This document shows, one piece after another, positions 37,484-47,106 of a stretch of 47,947 nucleotides of DNA. Origin of the DNA: a bacterium. GTDB taxonomy: Bacteria > Bdellovibrionota_C > UBA2361 > CALJRW01. A program made the translations under genes and the position numbers. The stretch covers positions 1 through 47,947 of the forward strand of contig JANNBC010000033.1 in the NCBI GenBank assembly GCA_031385045.1, read 5' to 3'. The stretch's first letter is position 1. Each line of letters begins with the position of its first letter. Below the pieces are notes generated by a model. The model was given only the letters and a program-made list of their open reading frames with translations, searched no databases and was not told the DNA's origin.

Positions 37484-39494
37484 AAATTATATACAAGTAA
37501 ATTGATCCAAATAAAAAAAGAAAGACTGAAAAAAAGATACTTACAAGGTGATAACTAACGCTGATCGATAAGGCTTCAGCATAATCCAAGCCGTTTTTCA
37601 TTAATGGCCAAATCCATCCAGCTTCCATTGGTCCAAATCCAAATAAACCTTGAATCGGTAAGTAGCCACCAAGTACAGAAAGATACCAACCTTCAATAAC
37701 TAAAGAGATTGAGGTGTTGAGCCTTAGTGCCAACATTAGGCAGATTGCATAACAAATCATTGAAGCTGTAATTAATGCTGAGTAAAGATAAAAAGATACT
37801 GATCGTTTTTTCGTAAGAGGAATTTTTTGAGCGGATTGTTTAAAATAATTATAAGTAAGTTTTGTTTGGGCAAAAACTACCAAAAATAGCAGAATTGTGG
37901 GGATGATTATTTGTTGTCGACGAAATGCTAGCAAAAGGATAACCAAAACTAGATTAGACAGGTCATATAGCCGAACAAAAATTAAATCCTGAATGGATTG
38001 CCAGATAGGATTTTGGTAATGCTTCTTCATTAAATAAGGGTATGTAATTTCACCTAGGCCTATCGGGAGAATGCTATTGACCGTTGTATGAATGGCAGTA
38101 ATTGACAACATTTTACACGAGGACCCGCATTGATTCATGATCCCCAGTCGTTTAGCCCTTAAAAGATTAAGTACTATGTATATTATTAAGCTAGCCAAAA
38201 TTAATTTACTGCTAGAGCCTGCTAATAAACTAAAAAGTTCCGAGTAAGAAGTAGAGGCAAAGAAAATTAATAGACATCCAAAGCTAAAAATTAAAACTAA
38301 TAATATTCTTTTGAAATAATTTTTTTGATAATTAAACTTTTCTTGGGTTTCTTGATAAATAGTTATTAAATTTGCAATCAAATTTCCCCAAGAATATTCT
38401 TGAATTTTAAGTGTGCAGTTTCTTATTGGAGGATTCATTGCCAGAATTGGAGTAATTTCAGAGAAGTCTTTAATATTAATGACCTGATCTTCCAGATTTG
38501 GATTGGGACTATCTAGGCAAATAACAGGAAGCCCTGCTGCTAGGTAATTAATAATCTTACCTGAAGACTCTGAGCCTCCTGGTTTAGGATCAATTGCCCA
38601 GTCGGCTATTTTTAAATAATCATTTAAGTCAAAATAACTAATCTGGCCAGTTAGTATTAAATTTCGGTTTATTATTAAGTAATCGTACTGAGTTAGTATT
38701 TCCTGTGCTAGTTCACCGTAGCCAACGCAGAGTAGTGTAGTATTTGGCTGGGTTTTAATCAGCGAAGGTAAGAATTGAATAAGTTGCCTTACTCCTTTTG
38801 CGTCACTTAAAGAACCAGAATAAATTACAACTTGATTTTGGCTGGGAATCCTTAATTGCGCTCTTAAACTTTTAGCTGAGTCGATGGTTCCAAAATTGAA
38901 AATTTCAGGATCGAATCCATCATTAATAATTTTTATTTTATCCTGCTTGATTTTATATCGGTTCACTAAAACATCCTGACTTTTCTGGGAGCTACAGATA
39001 ATTTGATCGGGAAGATAAAGTAGAATTTTTTCTAAAATGCAAAAAAATGTATAAGTCCATCCAAGTTGTGGGTATTTGACTAAGTGATAATCTTTCATCT
39101 CATCTGCAAGGCTTCCCTGACAGTCAAAAATTATTGGAGCTTTAGCTCTAGTAAAAAATCTTGCGCAGTATGCAATTAATAGCCCTTCATATAGATGGGC
39201 GTGAATGATGCTAGGCTTAAAGTTAAAAAGTATCTTAGTGGTACTAAAGAGCAGTAACGGATTTAAGTATAGTTTATGCCAAGAAGCGCCTGGTAAAATA
39301 TTATTATACCAAGGGATTTTTAGACTGCGCTCCACAGAGTAGCCAGGTATGTCTTGGCCTAATCCATAAGTTACTAGAGTAGTTTCTGTGCCAGAACTTT
39401 TTAGGTATTTTAATTGGTTAAGAATTCTTATATGACAGCCCCGATCCGAGAAGAATGGAGTGGCCGCAATCATTAAAATTTTTTCTTGAAACAT
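37467..39494 (-). CDS. GT4 glycosyltransferase fused to a lysylphosphatidylglycerol-synthase-TM (YbhN-like, flippase-like) domain
   Basis: ILMIAATPFFSDRGCHIRI, IHAH, YSGSL...KG and GKIINYLAAGLPV; C-terminal multi-TM with LLRAKR, NSILP..LGE, RLYD and GFGPMEAG. Confidence 0.88.
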   Translation of the reverse strand: MFQEKILMIAATPFFSDRGCHIRILNQLKYLKSSGTETTLVTYGLGQDIPGYSVERSLKIPWYNNILPGASWHKLYLNPLLLFSTTKILFNFKPSIIHAHLYEGLLIAYCARFFTRAKAPIIFDCQGSLADEMKDYHLVKYPQLGWTYTFFCILEKILLYLPDQIICSSQKSQDVLVNRYKIKQDKIKIINDGFDPEIFNFGTIDSAKSLRAQLRIPSQNQVVIYSGSLSDAKGVRQLIQFLPSLIKTQPNTTLLCVGYGELAQEILTQYDYLIINRNLILTGQISYFDLNDYLKIADWAIDPKPGGSESSGKIINYLAAGLPVICLDSPNPNLEDQVINIKDFSEITPILAMNPPIRNCTLKIQEYSWGNLIANLITIYQETQEKFNYQKNYFKRILLVLIFSFGCLLIFFASTSYSELFSLLAGSSSKLILASLIIYIVLNLLRAKRLGIMNQCGSSCKMLSITAIHTTVNSILPIGLGEITYPYLMKKHYQNPIWQSIQDLIFVRLYDLSNLVLVILLLAFRRQQIIIPTILLFLVVFAQTKLTYNYFKQSAQKIPLTKKRSVSFYLYSALITASMICYAICLMLALRLNTSISLVIEGWYLSVLGGYLPIQGLFGFGPMEAGWIWPLMKNGLDYAEALSISVSYHLVSIFFSVFLFLFGSIYLYIISSRAK

Positions 39495-39757
39495 TATTTT
39501 TAAAAAGAAACGGAAACAGAAACTTTAACGGCTTTTACAAGACTACGCTAGATCTTGTTCTGCCAACGATTGGGAGTGAATTGCTATTCTAATTCTTGAC
39601 TAATAAAGCATTAATCCTATTATTTTTATCAATAAATAGAAGGTTTTTCTAAAATATATTCAAAGATAGATTTAATATGCATAAAAAGACTTATTTGCTT
39701 TGCCCCCAAGTCTTGATGTGTTAGTTTAGATAGATTGCCCATTTTTTATCACTGTCT

Positions 39758-40285
39758 ATGAAATTCAAAAATAAAGCTTTTACACTTGTTGAGTTACTAG
39801 TCACAGTAGCCTTAGTTGGAATTTTAAGTGCGATGGCCTTAGCTCAATTTCAAACCTATCGTGCCAAGGCTAATGACTCTGTTGCTTTGGGGCAATTAGT
39901 AAATGTTAGAACTGCAGTAGAAGCTCAGTTTATTTCAAATATGAATCTAACTGGCACAACAATTTTTGGTGGTGATGGGTCTGTGGTTACTCTCTCTGGA
40001 AGCGTTACTTCACTTCCAGGATATAGAGACGAGCCGCATGTTGCGATTTGGCTTCATGTTGGCCCGGGCTTACATTTTGGTGGAACTCCTGGAATACGCG
40101 GTAGTTACTCAATTTGGGCAGCTCATTGTCTAGGGACAATTACAAGTAATAATTCTGGAAATACTGTCATGTTAACTTACGAAACTAATAATATTAGCAT
40201 GACTTCTGGCTCAGTGCGTAAAGTTGGTGCTGGTGGATTTATCAAAGGATCGGAAATGTTCTGTCCTACCGAGGACTTTTATTAG
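39758..40285 (+). CDS. Type IV pilin-like protein (prepilin N-methylation site)
   Basis: MKFKNKA|FTLVELLVTVALVGILSAMAL (class III signal, E+5, Ala instead of Gly at -1); YRAKA; C-terminal Cys pair. Confidence 0.88.
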   Translation: MKFKNKAFTLVELLVTVALVGILSAMALAQFQTYRAKANDSVALGQLVNVRTAVEAQFISNMNLTGTTIFGGDGSVVTLSGSVTSLPGYRDEPHVAIWLHVGPGLHFGGTPGIRGSYSIWAAHCLGTITSNNSGNTVMLTYETNNISMTSGSVRKVGAGGFIKGSEMFCPTEDFY

Positions 40286-40291
40286 GGCAGA

Positions 40292-41371
40292 ATGCAAATT
40301 AAAAGAAATTTTTTATTTCTTATTTTATGTAGCTTTTTTTTGCCAAGCAATCTTTTTGCAGATGAGCAAATTAAAATTGGTGTTTCTGTAGCACTAACTG
40401 GGAATGCCAGTACCTATGGCACGGATATTAAAAATTCCATTATTTTTGCCAATAAAGTTCTAGCAGGCAGTAAATACAAACTAATTATTGAAGATGACAT
40501 GTGTGATGGTAAGACTGCTGTCAATGTGGCACGAAAATTAATAGATATTGATCATGTCAAATATGTCTTAGGATTTGCCTGTAGTAGCTCTTTACTAGCA
40601 ACTGCAAATTTATATAATCAGGCAAAGGTTTTAGTCATAAGTTCCAGTGCCTCCTCTTCCGAAATATCTCAAGCTGGAGATTATATCTTTAGAACAGTCC
40701 CGAGTAATGATGCTATTGGAAAACTATTATTTGATTATGTGCAATCGCGGCACAAGACCTTTGGTGTAATTAGTGAAGAGACAGATTTCTCACAAAGTTT
40801 ATTACAGTCATTTACTAAAAATAACTCGCCTCAAATAATTAATATTTTTTCAGAAAATTTTAATACTAAAGAATTTGATTACAAGAGCTTAATCTTGCGA
40901 CTTAAGTCTAAGGGGATTGAGGGATTATTAATTAATTCTCAGACCGAAGCTACTTTTTTGCTAGCACTAAAAGCTTTAAAAGAAATGAAAATAAATATTC
41001 CTGTCTATGGAGCATATATGCCAGGCAGTGCTACTTTTAGAGCTAATGCTGGAATCTTGGCTGAAGGCTTAATTTTTGCTGATCGACCAACAGCTAAAGA
41101 TGTTTTTAGTCCTAAAGGAATTGATTTGCTTCATAGCTTTAATCAAGAGTATCAGTTAAAGGGTTGGGAGATTGTGTTTGCCTCTACTTGGGAAGCATTC
41201 CAAGCATTGCATTTAGCAATCACAAGCGGGCAGGAGCCACGTGAGTATTTGTATACGAATAAATTTAAGGGGATCTTTGGAGATTACACTTTTGATGCCA
41301 ATGGAGATATCAAAGGACTTCAGTTCCTACTAAAATCAATTAAGAATGGCCAAGTCTATAATCTAGAATAA
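40292..41371 (+). CDS. LivJ/LivK-type ABC substrate-binding protein (Peripla_BP_6)
   Basis: Signal peptide; IKIG..ALTGNASTYG, IEDDMCD, CSS, GDYIFRTVPS and YTFDANGD. Confidence 0.9.
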   Translation: MQIKRNFLFLILCSFFLPSNLFADEQIKIGVSVALTGNASTYGTDIKNSIIFANKVLAGSKYKLIIEDDMCDGKTAVNVARKLIDIDHVKYVLGFACSSSLLATANLYNQAKVLVISSSASSSEISQAGDYIFRTVPSNDAIGKLLFDYVQSRHKTFGVISEETDFSQSLLQSFTKNNSPQIINIFSENFNTKEFDYKSLILRLKSKGIEGLLINSQTEATFLLALKALKEMKINIPVYGAYMPGSATFRANAGILAEGLIFADRPTAKDVFSPKGIDLLHSFNQEYQLKGWEIVFASTWEAFQALHLAITSGQEPREYLYTNKFKGIFGDYTFDANGDIKGLQFLLKSIKNGQVYNLE

Positions 41372-43033
41372 GATTAACTGATCTGGAATCCTTGCAATCA
41401 TTTGATTAATTCCTTGTTCCTGGTCACTTTGGATATTTTCAGTTGAAACACGCACTGTTTTAGATTCTGAGATTAATTCTTCTTCGCAATATAGATAAGA
41501 CTTAAAAAATATTGGTGGTCGTTTGCCAAAGCGGTCTTCTTTAATTCCTAATTTATTAGCAAATCTTAATTGTGAGCCTGAATCGGAAACTTGCAGTCTC
41601 GTGCGATGAGGAGAGCTAGCTAGGTTTTTAAACTTTTTAGCCACAACAACTTCCAGTTGGCAAGAATTTGTTGTCGAAAGTTGCTTAGCCGCTGGTAGGG
41701 TTAGCTCGCCAATTAAATTACCACTTTGTTGAAACTTTAGTTTTAGACTAAGTGTTTTTATTAGAGGCTCGTTTACGCTTGGCGTATCTAAAGTATTTAA
41801 TGGTTTATTCAAGCAACTACCAAATTTATCTAAGTGATCAGCAACTAGATTCCTACTACATTCTGAAAAATTTTCTGGGGGATCATAGGAAAGATAGGCA
41901 TTCATAATATTGGGAATTTCTGTCTCTGGACAGGACGTTAGGTCAATTCCATTTGAGCCAGTAGAGTCGTCATGAATTGCTGATAAGTTATGAGCTAGTT
42001 CGTGTGCAAAGGTAATAGGAGTTGTTGCTACTGAAGTTAGTTGCGTTAAGGCGAAGGCGTAGGAAGGCGTCGTACAAACAGTACCGACAAATGCTAGGCC
42101 AATTGTTGAAGTGTTAAGCTCCTGTCCAGTAAAAAGATGGTAGGCATTAGCTTCTCCGTAGTAATCTTGAGGTCCTTGAGGAGCTGTAAGCTCACAGCCG
42201 GAGTTAGTAAGTGAACTTTCACCAGTGGTATAATACTGATAATTGCAAAGTCGGTCTACGGCATTATCAATTCCAAAACTTTGCTCAGTAAAGACATTTT
42301 GCTTTACTATGTGAAAGTTAAGACCTAAATCGTTTTCATAAATTACCTCTGCTTCGTTTAAAAAACTAGAGATTACACTATTACTGTCTTCTCCATATAT
42401 TTTGTACCAATAAGAATCAGCATCAATATGCAGAGCAATTGTTTGATATTGCTTTGCTGGGGAGTACACTTGATTAGTTCTTGGACTTGCAAACTGTAGA
42501 TTTGTCCTAATGGGAGCTTCTAGCAATTGATCATTGTGAAAAGCATTTTGTTCATACTTCGTAAATCGATAAGCTCTAGCTGAATTAATGATTGGCGAAG
42601 TTAAGTTGATTTTTATTTTATAAAATCCAGTTTTCCTATTATGAGGATTTAGCGCAGAGAAACTAAGAATTAAATAAGGTGTATGTTTTAGATAAATCAT
42701 TGACGCAGCTAAGGGATGCTCCTTAGACTTCGTTGATACCTTACCTCGAAAAAGCCGATACTTAATTTCCTCGGCACGTTTTGTTCTATTAAGATCGGTA
42801 TAGGTAGCTAATGTTTGAAAATCACGATTGCGGTTAAGCTTAATTCTAATTCTTCCAAATCCAGGAAGTGAGATATTAAATAGATGCTTTGGTGGCTGAG
42901 GCGTATTATTAGTAACTGGAAATAAGTTGTTTAGATTACCAAGGCCTGCAACGCGAGCTTGAAAACTGCTATCGGCAAGCAAGCTTAATGGGGAGCAGAG
43001 AATAAAAAATAAAATCAAAAAGTTTTTTTGCAC
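41363..43033 (-). CDS. Secreted M12B/reprolysin-like zinc metalloprotease
   Basis: Signal peptide and prodomain-like N-terminus; HLFTG..L...TIGLAFVGTVC, AHELAHNLSAIHD (HExxHxxSxxH), Met-turn NIMN and FSECS. Confidence 0.87.
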   Translation of the reverse strand: MQKNFLILFFILCSPLSLLADSSFQARVAGLGNLNNLFPVTNNTPQPPKHLFNISLPGFGRIRIKLNRNRDFQTLATYTDLNRTKRAEEIKYRLFRGKVSTKSKEHPLAASMIYLKHTPYLILSFSALNPHNRKTGFYKIKINLTSPIINSARAYRFTKYEQNAFHNDQLLEAPIRTNLQFASPRTNQVYSPAKQYQTIALHIDADSYWYKIYGEDSNSVISSFLNEAEVIYENDLGLNFHIVKQNVFTEQSFGIDNAVDRLCNYQYYTTGESSLTNSGCELTAPQGPQDYYGEANAYHLFTGQELNTSTIGLAFVGTVCTTPSYAFALTQLTSVATTPITFAHELAHNLSAIHDDSTGSNGIDLTSCPETEIPNIMNAYLSYDPPENFSECSRNLVADHLDKFGSCLNKPLNTLDTPSVNEPLIKTLSLKLKFQQSGNLIGELTLPAAKQLSTTNSCQLEVVVAKKFKNLASSPHRTRLQVSDSGSQLRFANKLGIKEDRFGKRPPIFFKSYLYCEEELISESKTVRVSTENIQSDQEQGINQMIARIPDQLILF

Positions 43034-43354
43034 AAGATATTATTTGAATTTTGGATACGGGAAGATATCACAACTTAGAAAGTTAACGAAAAAATTATTT
43101 TAGCACTTGATTCTAGCTATAAAAGTAAATATTTCTAGCTAGTTAAGTATTATTGGCCAGTCCTAATAATTTCTAAAACCGGAGTTAGTCAGCACATTTT
43201 AGTAATTAATTTAAAATCAATCCTGGAAGCAACTTTCTAAGCATACATTCGATAAATACTAGAAGCCAAAATGAGCTGTCCAATTTCATCAGTTAAAATG
43301 CCAGTTATTAGAATTTAGGACAGTATTTCTAGCCGTTAGTAAAACAGGAAGCAG

Positions 43355-44080
43355 ATGAACGCGACTGATAATAGTGCCACAAAAACCGCTTTTCGCGATA
43401 AGTTAGTTTATGAATATCAAAATTATGCTCGAGCAATTTGTTTTAAAATAATTAATCAATTTAAAATACCACATGAATTCCTGATAGATTTACTTGCCGC
43501 AGCTAATCTTGGATTAGTAGAAGCAGCTAATAAATTTGACCCGAGCTTTGGAGTTGATTTTAAAGCATATGCCTATTTTCGCATTCGTGGCGAGGCAATT
43601 GATTTTTTAAGAAGAAATACAAGTTTAACAACATCGCAATATAAAAGATTAAAAGCTTGGCAAAAGCTAGAGAGTCATGCCCAAGCTACTTATCACCAAA
43701 AATCTCCTCTGGTCTCTGAGGAGTCAGAAGAAGTTCAAATTTCAAAATTACTTAATTTGCTAGCTGAGGGAGTAATTATCTATCAACTCCAAAAAGCCCC
43801 TACGTCCCTAGAACAGTATCTTAAAAATTATAGTAGTGAGCTAGCAAGTGTTAATATGTCAGAAAAAATTTCAGAGTTATTAGAGGTTTTAGATCCTCGC
43901 GAATATAAGTTAATTTATGACTTTTATTTTTTAGATAAAACTTTTGTGGAGATTTCTAGGGAATTAAATAATTTTTCTAAATCGTGGATGTCTCGCTTAC
44001 ATCATCAAGCTTTAGGTAAAATGCGCCAAGCATACCTTGACCAGGCTGTGCCTAAAATTAAGAATATCAGCAATGATTAA
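43355..44080 (+). CDS. FliA/WhiG-like (sigma-28 group) RNA polymerase sigma factor heading the T3SS locus
   Basis: Region 2 DLLAAANLGLVEAANKFDPSFGVDFKAYAYFRIRGEAIDFLR; region 4 LDPRE...YFLDKTFVEIS....SKSWMSRLHHQALGKMR; RBS-like AGGAAG. Confidence 0.88.
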   Translation: MNATDNSATKTAFRDKLVYEYQNYARAICFKIINQFKIPHEFLIDLLAAANLGLVEAANKFDPSFGVDFKAYAYFRIRGEAIDFLRRNTSLTTSQYKRLKAWQKLESHAQATYHQKSPLVSEESEEVQISKLLNLLAEGVIIYQLQKAPTSLEQYLKNYSSELASVNMSEKISELLEVLDPREYKLIYDFYFLDKTFVEISRELNNFSKSWMSRLHHQALGKMRQAYLDQAVPKIKNISND

Positions 44081-44861
44081 TAAATATTGTTTAATCATTT
44101 TTTTACTATTTGCGTCCTGTCAGGAACGAATTATTCATAATTTAACTGAATTAGATGCCAATCGCATTATTACTAAATTGCATCAAGCCAAGATTAAATC
44201 CAATAAAGAAAAGCAAGCAGACGGTTTTTGGTCAATAGCAGTCGCTGAAAGTAAGGTAATTGAAGCTATCCAATTGATTGAAGATTACCGCTTTTTTAAA
44301 AAGCCGGAACCTGCCGAGCAGAAATCAAAACTATTAAGCTCGGAGCAAGAGCAAAAATTGATTTATGAAAGAGCTCTTTCTCAACAATTAGAAACGACAC
44401 TACAAAGTTTATCTGGAGTGTTAGAAGTACATGTTCTTTTTAATATTAATAAAGATCAAGATTTATGGAAGAAAGTAAATCTCAGCAAGAAAAATTCTAC
44501 TGCCGGAGTTTTGTTAATAGTGAATCAGCAATTTGTTTTAACAAGTGACGAGTTAAAGCAATTAGTTAGTGGAGCTTCAGGTATTAACCAAGAACAAATT
44601 AATATAGTCATAAGCTATCCACAGATAACAGAAATGCCCTCGGAAGTGCCTGAGGTTAATTCAACTCCAACACCAGTCCAGAATTTAACTTTAATTAATA
44701 ATTTCTTGGCGCATTCTAAAGCTTTATTTAAACAAGTATTCTCGGAAGATTATTTTTTTATAAGCTTTATCGTAATTTCTCTTCTTAGCTGCGTTTATAC
44801 TACTTACGCGTTAATTCAGAACAAAAAAATTCAAAAATTTAAGAGATCACTAAGAACTTAA
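44073..44861 (+). CDS. sctJ: Type III secretion inner-membrane ring lipoprotein SctJ (YscJ/PrgK family)
   Basis: Start re-called at ATG 44073 (8-nt overlap with the sigma gene). Lipobox FASC; IIHNLTELDANRII..L, EQ...YERALSQQLETTL..LSGVLEVHV, STAGVLL and KQLVSGA..GI; C-terminal TM plus basic tail. At 262 aa it is too short for FliF. Confidence 0.88.
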   Translation: MINKYCLIIFLLFASCQERIIHNLTELDANRIITKLHQAKIKSNKEKQADGFWSIAVAESKVIEAIQLIEDYRFFKKPEPAEQKSKLLSSEQEQKLIYERALSQQLETTLQSLSGVLEVHVLFNINKDQDLWKKVNLSKKNSTAGVLLIVNQQFVLTSDELKQLVSGASGINQEQINIVISYPQITEMPSEVPEVNSTPTPVQNLTLINNFLAHSKALFKQVFSEDYFFISFIVISLLSCVYTTYALIQNKKIQKFKRSLRT

Positions 44862-44922
44862 CTATTTTATTCTCGATATAGATAATAATAATTTCTTAAT
44901 CATTTTATTTTCCAAGGACAAG

Positions 44923-45204
44923 ATGAATATTAATCCAATAGGGCCAAGCCTTGAGCGCTACTTACCTGAAACTGAAAGTGACAATTTCTTTAAACTTGGC
45001 GGTTTGGCGCAAAACATTGCTCGTTATGCAGAAACAGCCGCTAATTATTTAAATGCTGGGGGGCTAGCCAGTCCCTATAACGATCTGTTATCAGCACAGA
45101 CCGAAGCTCAAATGCAATTAATGCAAGTAAGCTTACAGTCAAACCTCTCTCGTACGGAACATGAAACAAGTATGGCGATAGTTAGAAATATTCGAGTAGC
45201 TTAG
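44923..45204 (+). CDS. Probable T3SS needle subunit (SctF/PrgI-like), 93 aa
   Basis: C-terminus LLSAQ-X12-QSN-X10-AIVRNIR has the same spacing as PrgI as I recall it (YQ-X12-QSN-X10-AIIQNFR); RBS AAGGA; lies between sctJ and sctV. Confidence 0.6.
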   Translation: MNINPIGPSLERYLPETESDNFFKLGGLAQNIARYAETAANYLNAGGLASPYNDLLSAQTEAQMQLMQVSLQSNLSRTEHETSMAIVRNIRVA

Positions 45205-45264
45205 TTTTGGTTTGCATGAAGAGTATCTCTGTGCTTTTAGTAAGAATGATGATCAAGGTCTGAT

Positions 45265-47106
45265 ATGAAACAGTTTTTTATACCAATTTTGATTATAATT
45301 CTGTTGCTGGGTCTCTTTATCCCCATACCAAGTGGTCTACTTGATTATTTAGTTATTTTGAATGTCTTGCTGGCAATTGTTTTGCTCTTTAGTGTCTTGT
45401 TAGTAGAGTACCCTACTCAATTAACCACACTGCCTAGTTTTTTACTAATATTAACGCTCTTTAGGTTAGTTACAAATATCTCTACAACAAGACAAATTCT
45501 AGCCGGTGTTGAGCCAGGTAAAATTATTCCTTTAATTGGCGAAGTCGTCATACAAGGAAGTGTTGTTATTGGCTTAGTCATTTTTGGAATCTTAACATTA
45601 GTGCAATTAATTGTTGTTTCCAAGGGGGCGGAGCGCGTTGCTGAAGTGTCCGCTCGTTTTACTTTAGATGCTTTACCTGGGAAGCAAATGTCGATTGATG
45701 CTGATGTTCGTGCCGGTTTAATTGATTTTTCTGAGGCTCGCCTAAAACGACAGGAGACCCAAATTGAATCAAGATTTTATGGCGCTTTAGATGGGGCAAT
45801 GAAATTTATTAAGGGAGATGCCATCGTTGGTATTTTAATAACTTTCGTGAATTTAATTGGAGGTCTCGCTAGTGGGATTTTAGTGCAGGAGTTAAGTCTA
45901 ATTCAAGCAATTAATTATTATAGTTTAATGACAATTGGAGATGGCGTTATCTCGCAAATTCCAGCAATTCTTAATTCTATTGCTGCGGGCATTTTAGTAA
46001 CTCGTGTTGTCGGATTAGAAAAATCCAACTTATCTAATGATCTCACGCAACAATTATTTACTAACCAAGGAGTTAAAATAATAATTATTTTGATTAGTTT
46101 GGTTTTTGCTTGTTTACCAGGAATTCCAAGCCTTCCATTTCTAATGATGGCTGTAATTTTTTTTGGTTTAGCATTAGCTTATCAAAAACCAAAAAAATCT
46201 TTATTGATAAATAGCAATATTGATTCCAAAGTTTATCTTCCAGAACTACTAGTTATTCAACTTTCTAAAATAAATGTTGATCTTGCGCCACAATTATTTG
46301 CCCTACAAATAAAGCATGATTTCTACGATTTGACGGGTTTAGTAATCCCAGCCCCGAAAATTAAAATTGCTGATCAAAGTGCTGATTATCAGTTAATTCT
46401 TCGAGGGGAAGTTTTTCTTTCCAATAACTTTCTAAGTAAGGAACGCACAATTGAAAAACTTAGCTTAGATATTGCCGTCCAGCTTCAAAAATATTCCCTT
46501 GATTTGCTAGATGATCGTACGACCAGAGCCTTGTTAGAGCTTTGGGAGAAGACCGCGCCATACCAAGTAAATTATTTAATACCTGATAAAATCACGATTA
46601 CTAGAATTACAACACTCTTGAAGGACTTAATCTTAGAAGGAGTCTATCCCAAAAATTTTGATCTACTAATTCAAACTGTTGCTGAGCATATAGAGCAGAA
46701 GCCCACAAATTTACAGTTACTTAATTTAATTCGTCAGGCAATGAAATATCAGATTTGTCGCAAGTATTTAAATACCCAAGAGCTTTTGGCAGTGACCCTT
46801 GATCCGCAAATTGATCATTGTTTTTTTCAGGCATCTCAACACGGAAAATCATTTAAAATTGATTTCTTAGAATTAATTATTCTCAAATTACAACAAATTA
46901 GTTTGAATGGACAGGAGGTCGTGCTGGTTTGCTCAATGCCAGTTCGAAGATTTCTTTGGCAATGTTTAAAAGCAAGCGGACTAAATGTGATTGTGCTTGC
47001 CTATGAAGAGATTCTTCCAAGTATTAAAATTAAATCCCTTCTTTGTGTAACTCCAGAAATTCAGCAGTTAGATCCTGTAAATGATTCTAGTCTTCAATTA
47101 ATATGA
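45265..47106 (+). CDS. sctV: Type III secretion major export apparatus protein SctV (FHIPEP family)
   Basis: KGAERVAEVSARFTLDALPGKQMSIDAD, FYGALDGAMKFIKGDAI and TIGDGVISQIP. The QMSID and GAMKF variants are the non-flagellar type (FlhA typically has QMAID and GASKF). Confidence 0.92.
   Translation: MKQFFIPILIIILLLGLFIPIPSGLLDYLVILNVLLAIVLLFSVLLVEYPTQLTTLPSFLLILTLFRLVTNISTTRQILAGVEPGKIIPLIGEVVIQGSVVIGLVIFGILTLVQLIVVSKGAERVAEVSARFTLDALPGKQMSIDADVRAGLIDFSEARLKRQETQIESRFYGALDGAMKFIKGDAIVGILITFVNLIGGLASGILVQELSLIQAINYYSLMTIGDGVISQIPAILNSIAAGILVTRVVGLEKSNLSNDLTQQLFTNQGVKIIIILISLVFACLPGIPSLPFLMMAVIFFGLALAYQKPKKSLLINSNIDSKVYLPELLVIQLSKINVDLAPQLFALQIKHDFYDLTGLVIPAPKIKIADQSADYQLILRGEVFLSNNFLSKERTIEKLSLDIAVQLQKYSLDLLDDRTTRALLELWEKTAPYQVNYLIPDKITITRITTLLKDLILEGVYPKNFDLLIQTVAEHIEQKPTNLQLLNLIRQAMKYQICRKYLNTQELLAVTLDPQIDHCFFQASQHGKSFKIDFLELIILKLQQISLNGQEVVLVCSMPVRRFLWQCLKASGLNVIVLAYEEILPSIKIKSLLCVTPEIQQLDPVNDSSLQLI

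Noticed and set aside
948..45623. Short overlapping ORFs of 60-92 aa in the track (e.g. 948-1145, 1232-1441, 4644-4922, 12617-12805, 13540-13800, 16075-16284, 19746-19946, 21482-21703, 25018-25281, 32300-32494, 45417-45623)
   Set aside because: All lie antisense to or out of frame within well-supported genes and show no motif.
43355..47106. Flagellar fliA-fliF-flhA interpretation
   Set aside because: The ring protein is a short lipoprotein (SctJ type), the FHIPEP signatures are SctV-like, and no flhF/flhG/flg genes are visible. A phylogeny is still needed to be certain.
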